A stretch of DNA of 64,000 nucleotides from an uncultured beta proteobacterium (GCA_963841815.1 CAWJEE010000027.1:52800-116799); one strand, 5' to 3'; shown: positions 10,069 through 21,977, counted from the stretch's first letter. Numbers and translations: made by a program. Notes: generated by a model from the sequence alone, not told the origin.

Positions 10069-11145
10069 CTATCGGCCCGGGGCGGTTCGCACGGCGCGCA
10101 CCGCGGACACGCTGTCGTTGATGTTCGGCGTTTCGACCGAAAGCGGCGCCGAGGCGAGTTGCTTCATCGACGCGAGCGCCGCCGCGGTGTCGCGCTGGCG
10201 CACGTCGAAGTAGCGGTTCACGAGCGCCTGCGCCTCGGCGAGGTCCGCGCGGTACAGGCGGTCGTTGCGCGCGAGCAGCGCCTGGCGGGCGTTGAGCAGC
10301 CGCAACCGCAGCTGCAGGCGGACGAGCGCTGCTGTTGCTGCCCCAGCAGCATCGCGTCGGGCGCGTCGACGGCACGGATGCGGATCAGGTCCCGGTACTC
10401 GCCGAGTTCACGCTGGATCGACTCCCACGTGCGCTCCCACCACGCGACCTGGCGCGGCGGTTGCGGCGGCCTGGCGCGACGCAGCCGTCGCGGGCGCCGT
10501 CGGACTCGCGTCCGCGAGCAGCGGCCAGTTCTCCGAACTCGTCATGAGCTGGTCGATCTTCAGCGCGATGCCGGTGACATCGACGGTCGGCGCGGCCCGG
10601 AGCCGCTCGATGTCGCGCGCGAGCACGCGCCGCAGCGGCAGGAAGCGCGGCGACTCGAGACGGGCCAGGCGCGTGTCGGCAGTCTGCAGCGCGGCGAGCG
10701 CGGTGGGCACGTTGCCGGTGAGCTGGAGTTCCTGCGCGCCGAGCGTGATCAGCCGCTCCACCTCGACGAGCACGGCCTCGTCACGGCCGCGCGACAGGTC
10801 CGCGTACAGCTGCTCGAGCGCCTCGCGCTGGCTCTCGACTTCGGCGAGGCGCGCTTCGAGCACGGCGGACTGCTGTCGCGCCGCGCGCGCTTCCGCGTCG
10901 GCGCGCGTGGCGGTCTCGGTGGCAGCGGCCGCGGCCTGCTGCAGTTCCGCCAGACGGCGCGCCGTCTCGCGCTTGACCGCAGCGAGCTGGCTGTACGACA
11001 ACGCGCCGACGGCGACGACGAGCAGCAGCGCGAGCAGCGCCAGCCACGGCACGCCGGCGCGAGCGGTCGGCGCGACGCCAGCGGACTCGACGACCGCGGT
11101 TGGCGCAACCGCCGATTCCGGGCTCGTGGTCGGTTCGGTGCTCAC
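10069..11145 (-). pseudogene. hemX: HemX-like membrane protein (the so-called uroporphyrinogen-III C-methyltransferase family) with about 2 frame switches
   Basis: ORF 10408..11145 carries a TM helix and a coiled-coil region. The sequence continues as AWWERTWESIQRELGEYRDLIRIRAVDAPDAMLLGQQQQ in a second frame, then in ORF 10069..10305. The switches are at about 10450 and 10320. Confidence 0.75.
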
Positions 11146-11214
11146 GTTGGACGACAGGGCAGCAGTAAAGGGTGCGACGTCACGGTCGCGGCGCGGGCCA
11201 CCGGAAGGCGGTGA

Positions 11215-11992
11215 TCAACCCTGGATCGATTCTAGCTTGCCGATCACCGCCGAGTCGTCCGATGCGGCAGCCTCGACATTCGCGAATCCCGCCGCGTGCA
11301 GTCTCTGCGCCACACGCGGATGGGTGGCGATGGCGAGGCCGCGTCGCAGCCACTCGGCGGCACCCTCGACCCGCTCCACCTGCTCCAGGATCGCGCCGAC
11401 CGCTTCGGCACTGCTGACGATCGTGATCGGCGAGGACACCGCCGCCCATCCACCCGAGCAATCGGCTCCGCTCGCCCTCCGGCAGGGCATGCGGTGAACG
11501 GTCGTAGACCGCCAGCACGTCCACCTCGGCATCGGCAGAACGGAACTGGTCGATGATCCAGTCGCGCCCGGTGGCCGCGCGCAGCACCAGCACGCGACGC
11601 GCCCGCCGTCCTGTCGCTCACCACGCACGCCAGAAACCCTCGGAGCCGGACTCGTCGCCGTCGTCCGGTGCCACGATGGACGCCGCACCGCCACCCGGCA
11701 ATTCGGCGGCCGCGGCGTCGCGCGTGCTCGCGCCGACCGCGCCGATCACGGTCGATGCCGGCCAGTCTGCGGAAAGGCGCTCCGCGGTCGCGTGGACGGC
11801 GTTCGGGCTGACGAACAGCGCGAGGTCGTAGTCGGCCAGGTGGTCGAGCGCCCGTCGCACCGCTGCCTCGTTCGCGGGCGGCGCAATGTCGAAAGCAGGC
11901 CACCACGCGACCTCGCCGCCGCGTCGTCGAAGCGCGGCCACCAGCCGCCGGCCGGGCGCGGCCGGACGGGTGACGATGACCGGAGCGCGCAT
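11215..11992 (-). pseudogene. hemD: Uroporphyrinogen-III synthase with at least 2 frame switches
   Basis: MRAPVIVTRPAAPGRRL... (ORF 11618..11992) continues in ORF 11180..11593 (VLVLRAATGRDWIIDQF...) and then in ORF 11215..11694 (ITIVSSAEAVGAILEQV...ATHPRVAQRL...). It sits between hemC and hemX. Confidence 0.8.
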
Positions 11993-12005
11993 CGGCCGGG
12001 CAGGA

Positions 12006-12923
12006 TCAGGCGGTGCCGAGCAGCTGCAGCGCGCCGTCGGCCTTCAGGCGTGCGACCGCCTCCGCCGCGATCGCATCCACGTCGGTCATCGGTCCGCGGA
12101 CCTCGGTTTCGACGAACTCGCCGGTGGCCGCGTTGCCGACCAGGGCGCGCAGGCGCAGGTCGCTGCCTTCGACCTCGGCATACGCCGCCAGCGGCACCTG
12201 GCAACTGCCGCCCAGCCCGCGCGACACGCCGCGCTCGGCGGCCGTCGCCGCGCGCGTCGACGGGTCGTCGAGCGGCGCAAGCAGCGACCGGACGGTGGGA
12301 TGCGCGCGCAGCACTTCGATGCCGAGCGCGCCTTGTCCCGGCGCCGGCAGCGACACCGTGGTCGGGATGATCTGGCGGATGCGATCGGCGAGGCCGAGGC
12401 GCTTCAGTCCGGCCGCGGCCATCACGAGCGCGTCGAATTCGGCGCGGTCGAGCTTCGCCAGCCGGGTGCCGACGTTGCCGCGGATCGACTGGATCGCGAG
12501 GTGCGGAAAGCGCGCGCGCAGCATCAGTTCGCGACGCAGGCTCGAGGTGCCGATGCGGGCGCCCGCCGGCATCTCCTCGAGCGCCGCGTAGCGAGTGGAC
12601 ACGACGCAATCGCGCGGATCCTCGCGGGTCATGACCGCCGCTAGCTCGAACTCCGGCGGCAGTTCCATTGGCACGTCCTTCAGCGAGTGGACGGCGAGGT
12701 CCGCGCGGCCTTCGAGGAGCGCGACCTCGAGTTCCTTGACGAACAGGCCCTTGCCGCCGACCTTCGACAGCGTGCGATCGAGGATCTGGTCGCCGCGCGT
12801 GGTCATGCCGAGCAGGTCGACCTCGGCGCCCTGCTGGCGCAGCAGGGCCTGGACGTGCTCGGCCTGCCACAGCGCCAGCGGACTCTCGCGGGTCGCGATG
12901 ACGACCCGTTGCGGTGCATTCAT
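12006..12923 (-). CDS. hemC: Porphobilinogen deaminase (hydroxymethylbilane synthase)
   Basis: The internal ATG at 12923 gives [24 protein letters not shown]... and includes [12 protein letters not shown]. The product is about 305 aa and the reading frame is intact. Confidence 0.95.
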   Translation of the reverse strand: MNAPQRVVIATRESPLALWQAEHVQALLRQQGAEVDLLGMTTRGDQILDRTLSKVGGKGLFVKELEVALLEGRADLAVHSLKDVPMELPPEFELAAVMTREDPRDCVVSTRYAALEEMPAGARIGTSSLRRELMLRARFPHLAIQSIRGNVGTRLAKLDRAEFDALVMAAAGLKRLGLADRIRQIIPTTVSLPAPGQGALGIEVLRAHPTVRSLLAPLDDPSTRAATAAERGVSRGLGGSCQVPLAAYAEVEGSDLRLRALVGNAATGEFVETEVRGPMTDVDAIAAEAVARLKADGALQLLGTA

Positions 12924-12970
12924 GGAGTCGCTTCCGATGCGTCGAAGGCGACGAAGTCTACCGGGGCCGA

Positions 12971-13320
12971 TGCCTCGACTTCGGCCGGGCCAGGTGCGTC
13001 GCGCGAACTGCGGCGGGTGGGCTGCGCCAGGCGCGACTTTCCGGGGTGGCGAGCAGCGCAGGCGAGGGGCGGCGCGCGCCAGCGCGCTCGTCATCAAACT
13101 TGCCACCTCCTGTGTGAGCGCAGTGAGCGCAGCGAACGAAGCGAGTCAGGCGGCACGCCCCTCGCCGAGCAGCGCAGTGAAGTCGGCGCGTCAGCGCCGA
13201 CCACCCCGGAGGAGCGCCTGGCGCAGCCCGCCCGCCGCAGTTCTGGCACACACGTTGACGACGGTCGGAAAGTCGGGAGAAGACGCAAGCGACAGCGAGC
13301 ATGCCGTCGCTCGGGAAGGC
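12971..13320 (+). repeat. Short copy (C) of a GC-rich intergenic repeat family, containing a 43-45-nt inverted repeat
   Basis: The left end, tgcctcgacttcgg, matches the left ends of the copies at 41584 and 51771. The motif gaactgcggcggg(t/c)gggctgcgccaggcgc...ccggggtgg occurs forward at 13005..13049 and reverse-complemented at 13201..13243. Confidence 0.7.
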
Positions 13321-13330
13321 GCGGCGGAGG

Positions 13331-14105
13331 CTAGACCCTCGCGGCGGCCTTGACCGTCGGCCACTGCCGACGGCTGACCGGAAGGCGCTCCGGAGACTTC
13401 CTTCAGGAGCACTTCCCAGTGGCCCTCGGACGCTTCGCCGTCGTCGTCCACGCTGCCGCGGACGCGCTGGAAGCCGAGGATGGCGTTGCGCGCGACCAGA
13501 GCGTTGCGGTGGATGCGGACGAAGCGATCGCCGAACTCCGCTTCGAGCGAGGTCAGCGATTCCTCGGTGAGGTACTCGCGCGTCGGCGTCTTGATCGTGA
13601 CGTACTTCAGTTCGGCGCGGAGGTAGACGATCTCCTCCACCGCCACGAGGAGCATGCGGCCGCGTTCGGACACGGTCAGGTGCGACCGCACCGCGCCGAT
13701 GGTCTTCGCGAGTTCCTCGATCCGGGGCTCGTTGGTCCGGAAACGTTCGGCGCGCGCGAGGGCGGCCACGAGACGTTCTGCGCGTACGGGTTTCATCAGG
13801 TAGTCGAGCGCCTGCACCTCGAAGGCTTCGAGCGCGTGTTCGTCATAGGCCGTCACGAAGATCACGGCGGGAGGGTTCTGCCGCTGCGCCAGGTGGCGCG
13901 CCACCTCGATGCCGTTCATGTCGGGCATGTTGACGTCGAGCAGCACGACGTCGGGTCGCAACCGGTCCGCCTCCTCGAGGCCGCGAATCCCGCCCTCGGC
14001 CTCCCCGATGAGCTGCAACGACACCTGCTGCGAACAGTCGCGCAGAACCTGGCCGAGGCGCGCCCGGGCCGGAGGTTCGTCGTCGACGATCATCACATTC
14101 AGCAT
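13331..14105 (-). pseudogene. algR: LytTR-family response regulator (AlgR-like) with one frame switch near 13393
   Basis: The REC domain (MIVDDEPPARARL...VLLDVNMPDMNG) and LytTR domain (FVRIHRNALVA) are present. The natural C-terminus ERLPVSRRQWPTVKAAARV* is recovered by a 1-nt shift after ...EVLLKEVS. Confidence 0.85.
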
Positions 14106-14117
14106 CGTTGCTCCATC

Positions 14118-15203
14118 TCAGCTGCGCCGTTCGACCGGCAGAGTCATCGTCAACTCGAACCGGTCACGGTGCATCCGGGTCTCCACCTTGGCCTCGAGGT
14201 CGTAGATCAGCGCCAGGCGGCCCCTGATGTTGGCGAGGCCCATCTGGTTGCCCTCCCGCTCCGGTCGATCCGGGGCGATCGGGTTGCTGACGAAGATCTC
14301 CAGCGTGAATCCATGCTGGCGAACGCGCACCACGATGTCGGCATTGCCGGCCAGTTTCTCCGCGCCGTACCGGATCGCGTTCTCGATGACCGGCTGCAGG
14401 AGTAACTGTGGCACCTTTGCCCGGGGGTGGTATGCCCCGATTTGCCAGTCGACAGCCAGCCTATTTCCCAACCTCGTCTGCTCGATCTCCACGTAGTTCC
14501 GGCAAAGCTCGATTTCCTGCTGCAAAGGCACCAACTTCCGCGTATCGGCCATCACCGCCCGGAACAGCTCGGCGATGCTCTCCAGCATCCGCTCGGCCTT
14601 GGCCGGCTCCGTGCGGATCACCGACAGCACCGCATTCAGGCTGTTGAACAGGAAGTGCGGCCGTATGCGCGACTGCAGCGCCTGGTACTTCGCCTCGACC
14701 ACGGCCGGAGAGAACGCGCGCTCGCGCAGCTCGTAGTAGTGCTGGAACCCGGCGCCGAGCACGAAGGCGGCCGCGAAGTGCGCCGGGGCCGCCCACGGCC
14801 CGCCCGGCGCGGAAGACAGGAGCGCGAGGGCGGCGGCGACGAGTCCGGGGATGAACCAGGCGATCGCGCGCTGGACCGCCATGCCGAAGTCCGGCAGCGC
14901 GCGGCGCGCCGCGCACCAGAGCATCAGCGTCCAGAGCGTGCCAGGCACGGCGAACGACATCGCGTGCAGGAGGGAATCGACCGCCTCGTTCGCCGAAGCA
15001 GAAGCGCCGAGCGCCGCGCAGGCCGTCAGAGCGAACACGAAGCTGATCGCGCGCAGCAGGACGCCCAGGTTGCAGCCGTCCGGAATCACGCGCCTTGGCG
15101 TCGGCACCGCGGTCTCGTCGCGCGCCAGCGGTCCCTTCAGTGCGGGTGGCGATGTCTTCAAACCTATAATCCCCGCAAACGACAACCACACGGCGCCAGT
15201 CAA
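14118..15203 (-). CDS. algZ: Sensor histidine kinase of the LytS/AlgZ(FimS) type
   Basis: The 361-aa ORF has N-terminal TM helices and the His_kinase signature [15 protein letters not shown]. It lies directly upstream of algR with a 12-nt gap. The start codon is uncertain. Confidence 0.8.
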   Translation of the reverse strand: MTGAVWLSFAGIIGLKTSPPALKGPLARDETAVPTPRRVIPDGCNLGVLLRAISFVFALTACAALGASASANEAVDSLLHAMSFAVPGTLWTLMLWCAARRALPDFGMAVQRAIAWFIPGLVAAALALLSSAPGGPWAAPAHFAAAFVLGAGFQHYYELRERAFSPAVVEAKYQALQSRIRPHFLFNSLNAVLSVIRTEPAKAERMLESIAELFRAVMADTRKLVPLQQEIELCRNYVEIEQTRLGNRLAVDWQIGAYHPRAKVPQLLLQPVIENAIRYGAEKLAGNADIVVRVRQHGFTLEIFVSNPIAPDRPEREGNQMGLANIRGRLALIYDLEAKVETRMHRDRFELTMTLPVERRS

Positions 15204-15236
15204 GGCCTCTCGAGAGCGCCGACCCTCGAATCGATT

Positions 15237-16663
15237 ATGTCAGAGCACCCTGCGCAACCCGCGAATCCGCTGGCTTCGAAAAGCAGTGCCTGGTCGGGTC
15301 GATTCGACGAACCGGTGGCCGACTTCGTGCTGCGCTACACCGCGTCGGTCGGGTTCGACCGCCGGCTCGCGTTCGCCGACATCGAAGGGTCGCTCGCCCA
15401 CGCCGCGATGCTCGCGCGGGCCGGCATCATCTCGGCGGCGGACCTCGCCGACATCGAGCGCGGACTCGAAGCAGGTCCGCGGCGAGATCGAGCAGGGAAC
15501 GTTCGAGTGGCGCCTCGACCTCGAGGACGTGCACCTGAACATCGAGAAGCGGCTGACCGACCTCGTCGGCGACGCCGGCAAGCGCCTTCACACCGGACGC
15601 TCGCGCAACGACCAGGTCGCGACCGACATCCGGCTGTGGTTGCGCGGCGAGCTGGACGGCATCGTCGCCCTGCTCGATGCGCGTGCAGGTCGTCGCTCGT
15701 CGAGCAGGCCTCGCATCACGCCGCGACGGTGATGCCCGGATTCACGCACCTGCAGGTGGCGCAGCCCGTGACCTTCGGCCATCACCTGCTCGCCTACGTC
15801 GAGATGTTCGAACGCGACCGCGAGCGCTTCGTCGACGCGCGCCGGCGGATCAACCGGCTGCCGCTCGGCGCGGCGGCGCTCGCCGGAACGACGTTTCCGA
15901 TCGACCGCGCCTTCGTCGCCGAGCGGCTCGGCTTCGAGGCCGTGGCCGCCAATTCGCTCGACGCCGTCAGCGACCGCGACTTCGCCATCGAGTTCTGCGC
16001 GGCGGCGGCGATCGCGATGATGCACGTGTCGCGGCTGTCCGAGGAACTGGTGCTGTGGATGAGCCAGCGCTACGGCTTCGTGCGCCTGCCCGACCGGTTC
16101 ACGACCGGCTCGTCGATCATGCCGCAGAAGAAGAACCCGGACGTCGCCGAACTCGCGCGGGGCAAGACCGGCCGCGTGTACGGCAGCCTGACGGCGCTGC
16201 TCGACGCTGATGAAGGGCCAGCCGCTCGCCTACAACAAGGACAACCAGGAAGACAAGGAACCGGTGTTCGACACGGTCGACACGCTGGCGGACACGCTGC
16301 GCGCGTTCGCCGAGATGCTGCCCGGCCTCGAAGTGAACGCCGCCACGATGGAGCAGGCGGCCAGCGAGGGCTACTCGACGGCGACCGACCTCGCCGACTA
16401 CCTGGTGCGCAAGGGCGTGGCCTTCCGCGACGCGCACGAGGCTGTGGCCCGCGCGGTGCGCCTCGCCGTGGAACGCGGCTGCGCGCTCGACGCCCTGCCC
16501 CTCGCCGACCTGCAGCGGCTCGCGCCGCAGGTCGGCGACGACGTGCGCGCGGCGCTGACGGCCGCGGGTTCGCTCGCCGCGCGCGACCACGTCGGCGGCA
16601 CCGCGCCTGCCGCAGGTGCAGGCGCAGGTCGCGCAGTGGCGCGCTCGCCTCGCCGGATCCTGA
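15237..16663 (+). pseudogene. argH: Argininosuccinate lyase with about 4 frame switches
   Basis: The sequence MSEHPAQ...[11 protein letters not shown], then [14 protein letters not shown]...[11 protein letters not shown], then [18 protein letters not shown]...[16 protein letters not shown], then [17 protein letters not shown], then the tail [16 protein letters not shown] can be followed across frames. The switches are at about 15467, 15690, 16203 and 16610. Confidence 0.9.
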
Positions 16664-16748
16664 GAGTCCTGCGAAGGCGAAAGCTAGAATGACCTGCGCC
16701 CCGCCGAGCCACGGTGACCTGAGGCGCGGCGTCATCAGGGAGGACTTC

Positions 16749-17330
16749 ATGCAGTTCCTGCTCCGCCTGTCACGCGGAATGGACGCGATCAGCGAGTGGG
16801 TCGGGCGCATCCTGATCTGGGCGCTGTTCTCGACGGTCATCGTCAGCGCCGCCAACGCGATCGTGCGCAAGGTGTTCAGCGTGGGCTCGAACGCCTGGCT
16901 GGAGCTGCAGTGGTACCTGTTCGCGGCGGTGTTCCTGCTCGGCGCCGGCTACGCCTTCCTGCACAACGCGCACGTGCGCATCGACTTCATCTCGGGCCGA
17001 CTGAGCGCGCGGACCCGCAACATCATCGACATCGTCGGAATCGTCGTGTTCCTGACGCCGCTCGCCTGGATCCTGCTGCAGCTGTCCTGGCCGTTGTTCG
17101 TGAAGGCGTGGCAGTCCGGCGAGATGTCGCAGAACGCCGGCGGCCTGATCCGCTGGCCGGTGCTCGCGCTGGTGCCGCTCGGCATGGCGCTGCTGCTCGC
17201 GCAGGGCGCATCCGAACTGATCAAGCGCGTCGCCTTCCTCAAGGGGCTGATTCCCGACCCGCTGGCGCATGCGGAGACACCGCAGTCGCAGGCCATCGTC
17301 GAGGAGCCCGCGGAGGCGGCGCGCCAATGA
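16749..17330 (+). CDS. TRAP transporter small permease (DctQ family)
   Basis: The 193-aa, 4-TM protein has a stop codon that overlaps the start of the next gene (ATGA). Confidence 0.8.
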   Translation: MQFLLRLSRGMDAISEWVGRILIWALFSTVIVSAANAIVRKVFSVGSNAWLELQWYLFAAVFLLGAGYAFLHNAHVRIDFISGRLSARTRNIIDIVGIVVFLTPLAWILLQLSWPLFVKAWQSGEMSQNAGGLIRWPVLALVPLGMALLLAQGASELIKRVAFLKGLIPDPLAHAETPQSQAIVEEPAEAARQ

Positions 17331-19179
17331 CCCAGTTCATCGCCGCGAACTTCGTGCCGTTGCTGTTCGGCGGCCTGCTGGTGTTCCTGCTGACCGGCTT
17401 CCCGGTCGCCTTCGCGCTGGCGGCCACCGGGCTGGCGTTCGGCTTCATCGGGATGGAGATCGGCCTGTTCCCCGCGACGCTGTTCCAGGCGCTGCCGCTG
17501 CGCGTGCAGGGCATCATGCAGAACGACACGCTGCTCGCGGTGCCGTTCTTCACGCTGATGGGCATCATCCTCGAGAAGAGCGGCATGGCGGAGGACCTGC
17601 TCGAAACGGTCGGCCAGGTCTTCGGCCCGATCCGCGGCGGCCTGGCGCTGGCGGTGATCTTCGTCGGCGCCCTGCTCGCCGCGACGACCGGGCGTGGTGG
17701 CCGCCGCGGTGATCTCGATGGGCCTGATCTCGCTGCCGATCATGCTGCGCTACGGCTACAACCGGACGATCGCCACCGGCGTGATCACCGCCTCGGGCAC
17801 GCTCGCGCAGGCGATCCCGCCGTCGCTCGTGCTGATCGTGCTCGCCGACCAGCTCGGCCGCTCGGTCGGCGACATGTACGCGGGCGCGATCCTGCCCGCG
17901 CTGCTGCTGGTGGGCTGCTATGCGCTGTACGTGATCGTGATCTCGATCGTCAAGCCGTCGTGGGCGCCGGCGCTTCCCGCCGGAGGCGCGCATCTATCGG
18001 CGAGGCGAACGGGTCGAGCGGCCACAAGTCGCTGCTGGTCCTGCTCGCGATCGCCGCCGCGGCCGGATTCGCATGGGCGCAGGTGCACGAACGCGTGATC
18101 AATCCGCTGGTGGAACGCCAGTTGCCGGCACCCGGCGACGAAGTGCTGATCCTGTCGATGACGATCGCCTCGCTCACGGCCCTGGCCCTCGCGCTGCTCA
18201 ACCGGCTGTTCCGGCTGAACCTCGTGTCGAAACTGTCGGAGCGCGTGACCTTCGTGCTGATCCCGCCGCTGGTGCTGATCTTCCTCGTCCTCGGCACGAT
18301 CTTCCTCGGCGTCGCCACGCCCACCGAAGGCGGCGCGATGGGCGCCGTCGGCGCGCTGCTGATGGCGGTCGCCCATCGCCGCCTGTCGATGTCGCTGCTG
18401 AAGCAGGCGCTGGTGAACACGACGCGGCTGTCGTGCTTCGTGATGTTCATCCTGATCGGCTCCACGGTGTTCAGCTTCACGTTCAACGCGGCCGAAGGCC
18501 ACATACTTCGTCGAGTCGCTGTTCAGGGACATGCCGGGCGGAGCGCTCGGCTTCCTCATCATCGTCAACGTCCTGATCTTCATCCTCGGCTGCTTCATCG
18601 ACTTCTTCGAGATCGCGTTCATCGTGATCCCGCTGCTGGCGCCGGTCGCCGACAAGATCCTCCCGGAACTGCTGCCGGCCGGCACACAGGCGCACTGGGC
18701 GCTGATCTGGTTCGGCGTCATCGTGGCGATGAACCTGCAGACGTCGTTCCTGCACGCCGCCGTTCGGCTTCGCGCTGTTCTACCTGCGCAGCGTGGCGCC
18801 GCGCAACGACTATCCTGATCGCGTCACCGGCAGGAAGATCGCGGCGGTGTCGACGACCGAGATCTACAAGGGCGGCCTGGCCTTCATCGGCATCCAGCTC
18901 TTCATGGTCGTGATGGTCGTCGTCTTCCCGGGACTCGTGGTGGGCGACAGCCAGACGGCGCCGGTCGACCTGGACAAGATTCAGCTGGAAGCCGCACCGG
19001 GCGGCTACGGCGAAGAACCCTCCCCGCAAGACACATCGGCCGAGCCGACGGCCGACGACAGGAAGGCCCCTGGCAGTGGCGAGATCCGACCGACTCCGCC
19101 GGCCGGCGAGCCGGCGCAGGAGGACCCGATGGAGGCCGTGCGGCGCGCGCTCCGGAGCGATGCCGACAAGATGAAGTAG
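17327..19179 (+). pseudogene. TRAP transporter large permease (long DctM form with a Pro/Glu-rich tail) with 4-5 frame switches
   Basis: [16 protein letters not shown]...LLAATTG, then [14 protein letters not shown]..., then [14 protein letters not shown]...FNAAEGH, then FVESLFRDMPGGALGF...LQTSFL, then PPFGFALFYLRSVAPRNDYPDRV...DADKMK*. The switches are at about 17690, 17975-18000, 18500 and 18757. Confidence 0.85.
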
Positions 19180-19197
19180 CGGACGGCGCCACAGATG

Positions 19198-19223
19198 GAA
19201 ACGGGCCGCGATTGCGGCCCGTT
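19198..19223. terminator. Bidirectional hairpin between the convergent dctM and dctP genes
   Basis: The sequence aaacgggccgc-gatt-gcggcccgttt forms a perfect 11-bp stem. It has A/T runs on both sides. Confidence 0.55.
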
Positions 19224-19257
19224 TCAAATGCGCGACGCGGGTCGCGCGCTACGGCGC

Positions 19258-20412
19258 CTACAGCTTCTGCGACTGCATGTAGTTGTCGAACGAGGCCTCG
19301 GAGAAGCGGAACCACAGGTTCTGGTCGCGGCGGAATGCGATGTAGTCGTCGTAGACCTTCTTCCACGTCGGGTTCTTGGCGCTGATCTCCGCGTAGATGT
19401 CCTGGGAGTGCTTGAACGCCGCATCCATCACGTCCTTCGGGAAGCGGTGCAGCTTGGTGCCATCGGCGACCAGCTGCTTCAGCGCACCCGGGTTGCGCGC
19501 GTCGTACTTCGCCTGCAGGTCGATGCCCGCGTAGGCCGCGGCGGCCTGGACGATCGCCTTGTTCTCGGCCGACAGCGCTTCATACGACTTGGTGTTGATG
19601 TACAGCGACAGCTGCGGTCCACCTTCCCACCAGCCGGGGTAGTAGTAGTTCGGCGCGACCTTGTTGAAGCCCAGCTTCAGGTCGTCGTACGGGCCGACCC
19701 ACTCGGCCGCGTCGATCGTGCCCTTCTCGAGCGCCGTGTAGATCTCGCCGCCCGGCAGGGTCTGCGGAACCACCCCCATGCGCGTGCAGACCGCGCCGGC
19801 CAGGTTGGAAATCCGCATCTTCAGGCCCTTCATGTCGGCGACCGACCTGATCTCCTTGCGGTACCAGCCGCCCATCTGCGCGCCCGTGTTGCCCATCGGG
19901 AAATTGACGATGTTGTACTTGGCGTAGAACTCGCGCAGCAGCTTCAGGCCGTTGCCCTCGTACATCCACGCCGCCATCTGCCGCGCGTTCAGGCCGAAGG
20001 GAATCGCGCAGTCGATCGAGAACGTCTCGTCCTTGCCGAAGAAGTAGTACGGCGCGGTGTGCGCGCACTCGACGGTGCCGTTCTGCACGGCGTCGACCAC
20101 GCCGAAGGGCGGCACCAGCTCACCCGCCGCGTGGGCCGTGACGGTGAACTTGCCTCCACTCGCTGTCGTGACGGCCTTGGCAAAGGTCTCGGCCGCGCCG
20201 AACAGTGTGTCGAGCGACTTCGGGAAGCTCGACGCGAGGCGCCAGCGGACCTCGCCGGTCGCGACCGCGGGGGCCCCGGCCTTCGCGGCGTCGGCCTTGG
20301 CCGGCTCGGCCTTCGCCGGTTCCTCCTTCTTGCCGCACGCCGCCATCAGCGCCGCCGCGGCGACCCCCACTCCGACCGTTCCCGAACCTGCCAAAAACTT
20401 GCGCCGCTCCAT
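19258..20412 (-). CDS. TRAP substrate-binding protein with a twin-arginine signal peptide
   Basis: The 384-aa ORF starts MERRKFLAGSGTVGVGVAAAALMAACG. The mature part is DctP-like (periplasmic-binding fold length). The reading frame is intact. Confidence 0.8.
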   Translation of the reverse strand: MERRKFLAGSGTVGVGVAAAALMAACGKKEEPAKAEPAKADAAKAGAPAVATGEVRWRLASSFPKSLDTLFGAAETFAKAVTTASGGKFTVTAHAAGELVPPFGVVDAVQNGTVECAHTAPYYFFGKDETFSIDCAIPFGLNARQMAAWMYEGNGLKLLREFYAKYNIVNFPMGNTGAQMGGWYRKEIRSVADMKGLKMRISNLAGAVCTRMGVVPQTLPGGEIYTALEKGTIDAAEWVGPYDDLKLGFNKVAPNYYYPGWWEGGPQLSLYINTKSYEALSAENKAIVQAAAAYAGIDLQAKYDARNPGALKQLVADGTKLHRFPKDVMDAAFKHSQDIYAEISAKNPTWKKVYDDYIAFRRDQNLWFRFSEASFDNYMQSQKL

Positions 20413-20540
20413 GACTTCTCCTCGTCCCGACGGGACTGCTCGTTGGTGTTCTCAAGGGGTGGCTCCCCCGGCTTCTGTCTCGCGCCAACCGAATTCTAGC
20501 GACGAGGATCACGGGGGCAAGACGGCGATACGGCCACCGC

Positions 20541-21887
20541 TCAGGCTCCACCGACCTTCATGCCGTCGATCAGCACCGAGCCGGCGACCTTGCTGCCACG
20601 CACGACCTGGTCCGTGCCGACCCCCGCGATGTTGCGGAACATGTCGCGCAGGTTGCCCGCGATCGTGATCTCCTCGACCGGGTAGCGGATCTCGCCCTTC
20701 TCCACCCAGAACCCGCTCGCGCCGCGCGAGTAGTCACCGGTCACGTAATTGACGCCCTGCCCGATCAGGTCCGTGACCAGAAGCCCGGTGCCCAACCGGC
20801 GCAGCATGACCTCGAAGTCGTCCTCGGCCTCGGTGGCCTTCGAGCGCAACTCGAGGTTGTAGGCGCCGCCGGCGTTGCCGGTGGACTTCATTCCGAGCTT
20901 GCGCGCCGAGTACGTCGACAGGAAGTAGCCGTTCAGCACCCCGCCCTGGACGACGTCGCGTTTCATGCCGCGCACGCCTTCCTCGTCGAACGGGCTGGAG
21001 CCGGCGCCCTGCGGGATGAAGGGATCCTCGTGCAGCGAGACGTGGTCGGCGAAGACTTTCTTGCCGAGCGAGTCGACGAGGAACGACGCCTTGCGGTAGA
21101 GCGATCCGCCGCTCGCCGCCTGCACGAAGCTGCCGAGCAGGCCGCACGCGAGCGGTGCCTCGAACAGCACCGGGCACCGGCGCGTCTTGAGCTTCCGGGC
21201 GGAGAGCCGCGCGAGCGCGCGCCGCGCCGCGTAGTCGCCGACGGCCTCCGGCGAGGCGAGCTCCGCGTGGATGCGCGACGACGAATGCCAGTCGTCGCGC
21301 TGCATCCCGTGCGCGTTGCGTGCGATCGGCGACACCGAGATCGAGTGGCGCGAGTACGGGTAGCCGCCGACGAATTCGCGCGTGTTGGCCAGCACGAAGT
21401 GCCCGGACGACGTGTAGACGTTCGCGCCCTCCGAGTTGACGATCTGCGGGCTCACCGCGAACGCCGCGCCCTCGCAGCGCTTCGCGAGGCGGATCGCCTC
21501 CTCCGTGTCGAGCAGCCACGGATGGAACAGATCGAGGTCCGGCGGGTTTCGCTGCAACGTGTCCGGCTCCGGCAGTCCCGCGGCATCGTCCTCGGCGGTG
21601 AAGCGCGCGATGTTGTACGCCGCCTCCACCGCCTGCCGGATCGCGGCCTTCGAGAAATCCGACGTCGACGCGTGGCCGCGCCTCTGGCCGATGTACACGG
21701 TGACGGCCAGCCCCTTGTCGCGGGTGCGCTCGATCGTCTCCACCTGCCGGTGGCGCACGGTGACCGACAGCCCGGTCGACTCGCTGGCCTCGCACGACGT
21801 GTCGCTCGCGCCGAGCGCGCGCGCGTGCTTCAACGCGTCCTGCGCGAGATCGGTGAGGCGGTCGTCGGAGATCGAGAAGATGGTCAT
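20541..21887 (-). CDS. pmbA: Metalloprotease PmbA (TldE)
   Basis: The 448-aa ORF has the PmbA/TldD family length and blocks. It is divergent from yjgA, as in enterobacteria. Confidence 0.85.
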   Translation of the reverse strand: MTIFSISDDRLTDLAQDALKHARALGASDTSCEASESTGLSVTVRHRQVETIERTRDKGLAVTVYIGQRRGHASTSDFSKAAIRQAVEAAYNIARFTAEDDAAGLPEPDTLQRNPPDLDLFHPWLLDTEEAIRLAKRCEGAAFAVSPQIVNSEGANVYTSSGHFVLANTREFVGGYPYSRHSISVSPIARNAHGMQRDDWHSSSRIHAELASPEAVGDYAARRALARLSARKLKTRRCPVLFEAPLACGLLGSFVQAASGGSLYRKASFLVDSLGKKVFADHVSLHEDPFIPQGAGSSPFDEEGVRGMKRDVVQGGVLNGYFLSTYSARKLGMKSTGNAGGAYNLELRSKATEAEDDFEVMLRRLGTGLLVTDLIGQGVNYVTGDYSRGASGFWVEKGEIRYPVEEITIAGNLRDMFRNIAGVGTDQVVRGSKVAGSVLIDGMKVGGA

Positions 21888-21977
21888 GGGCTGGACGGCG
21901 TCGCTTGTGCAGGAGGGGGGAGGCGCCGAGGTTCGGCGACCGAGGCGCTGCGATGGTGGCCGGTATCATAAACAACG

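Noticed and set aside
7677-19179. Whether the many frame switches reflect programmed ribosomal frameshifting or another form of recoding.
   Set aside because: There are no shared slippery heptamers or stimulatory structures at the junctions. Both +1 and -1 changes occur, up to 9 in a single gene, in gene families not known to use recoding. Indel errors or mutations fit better.
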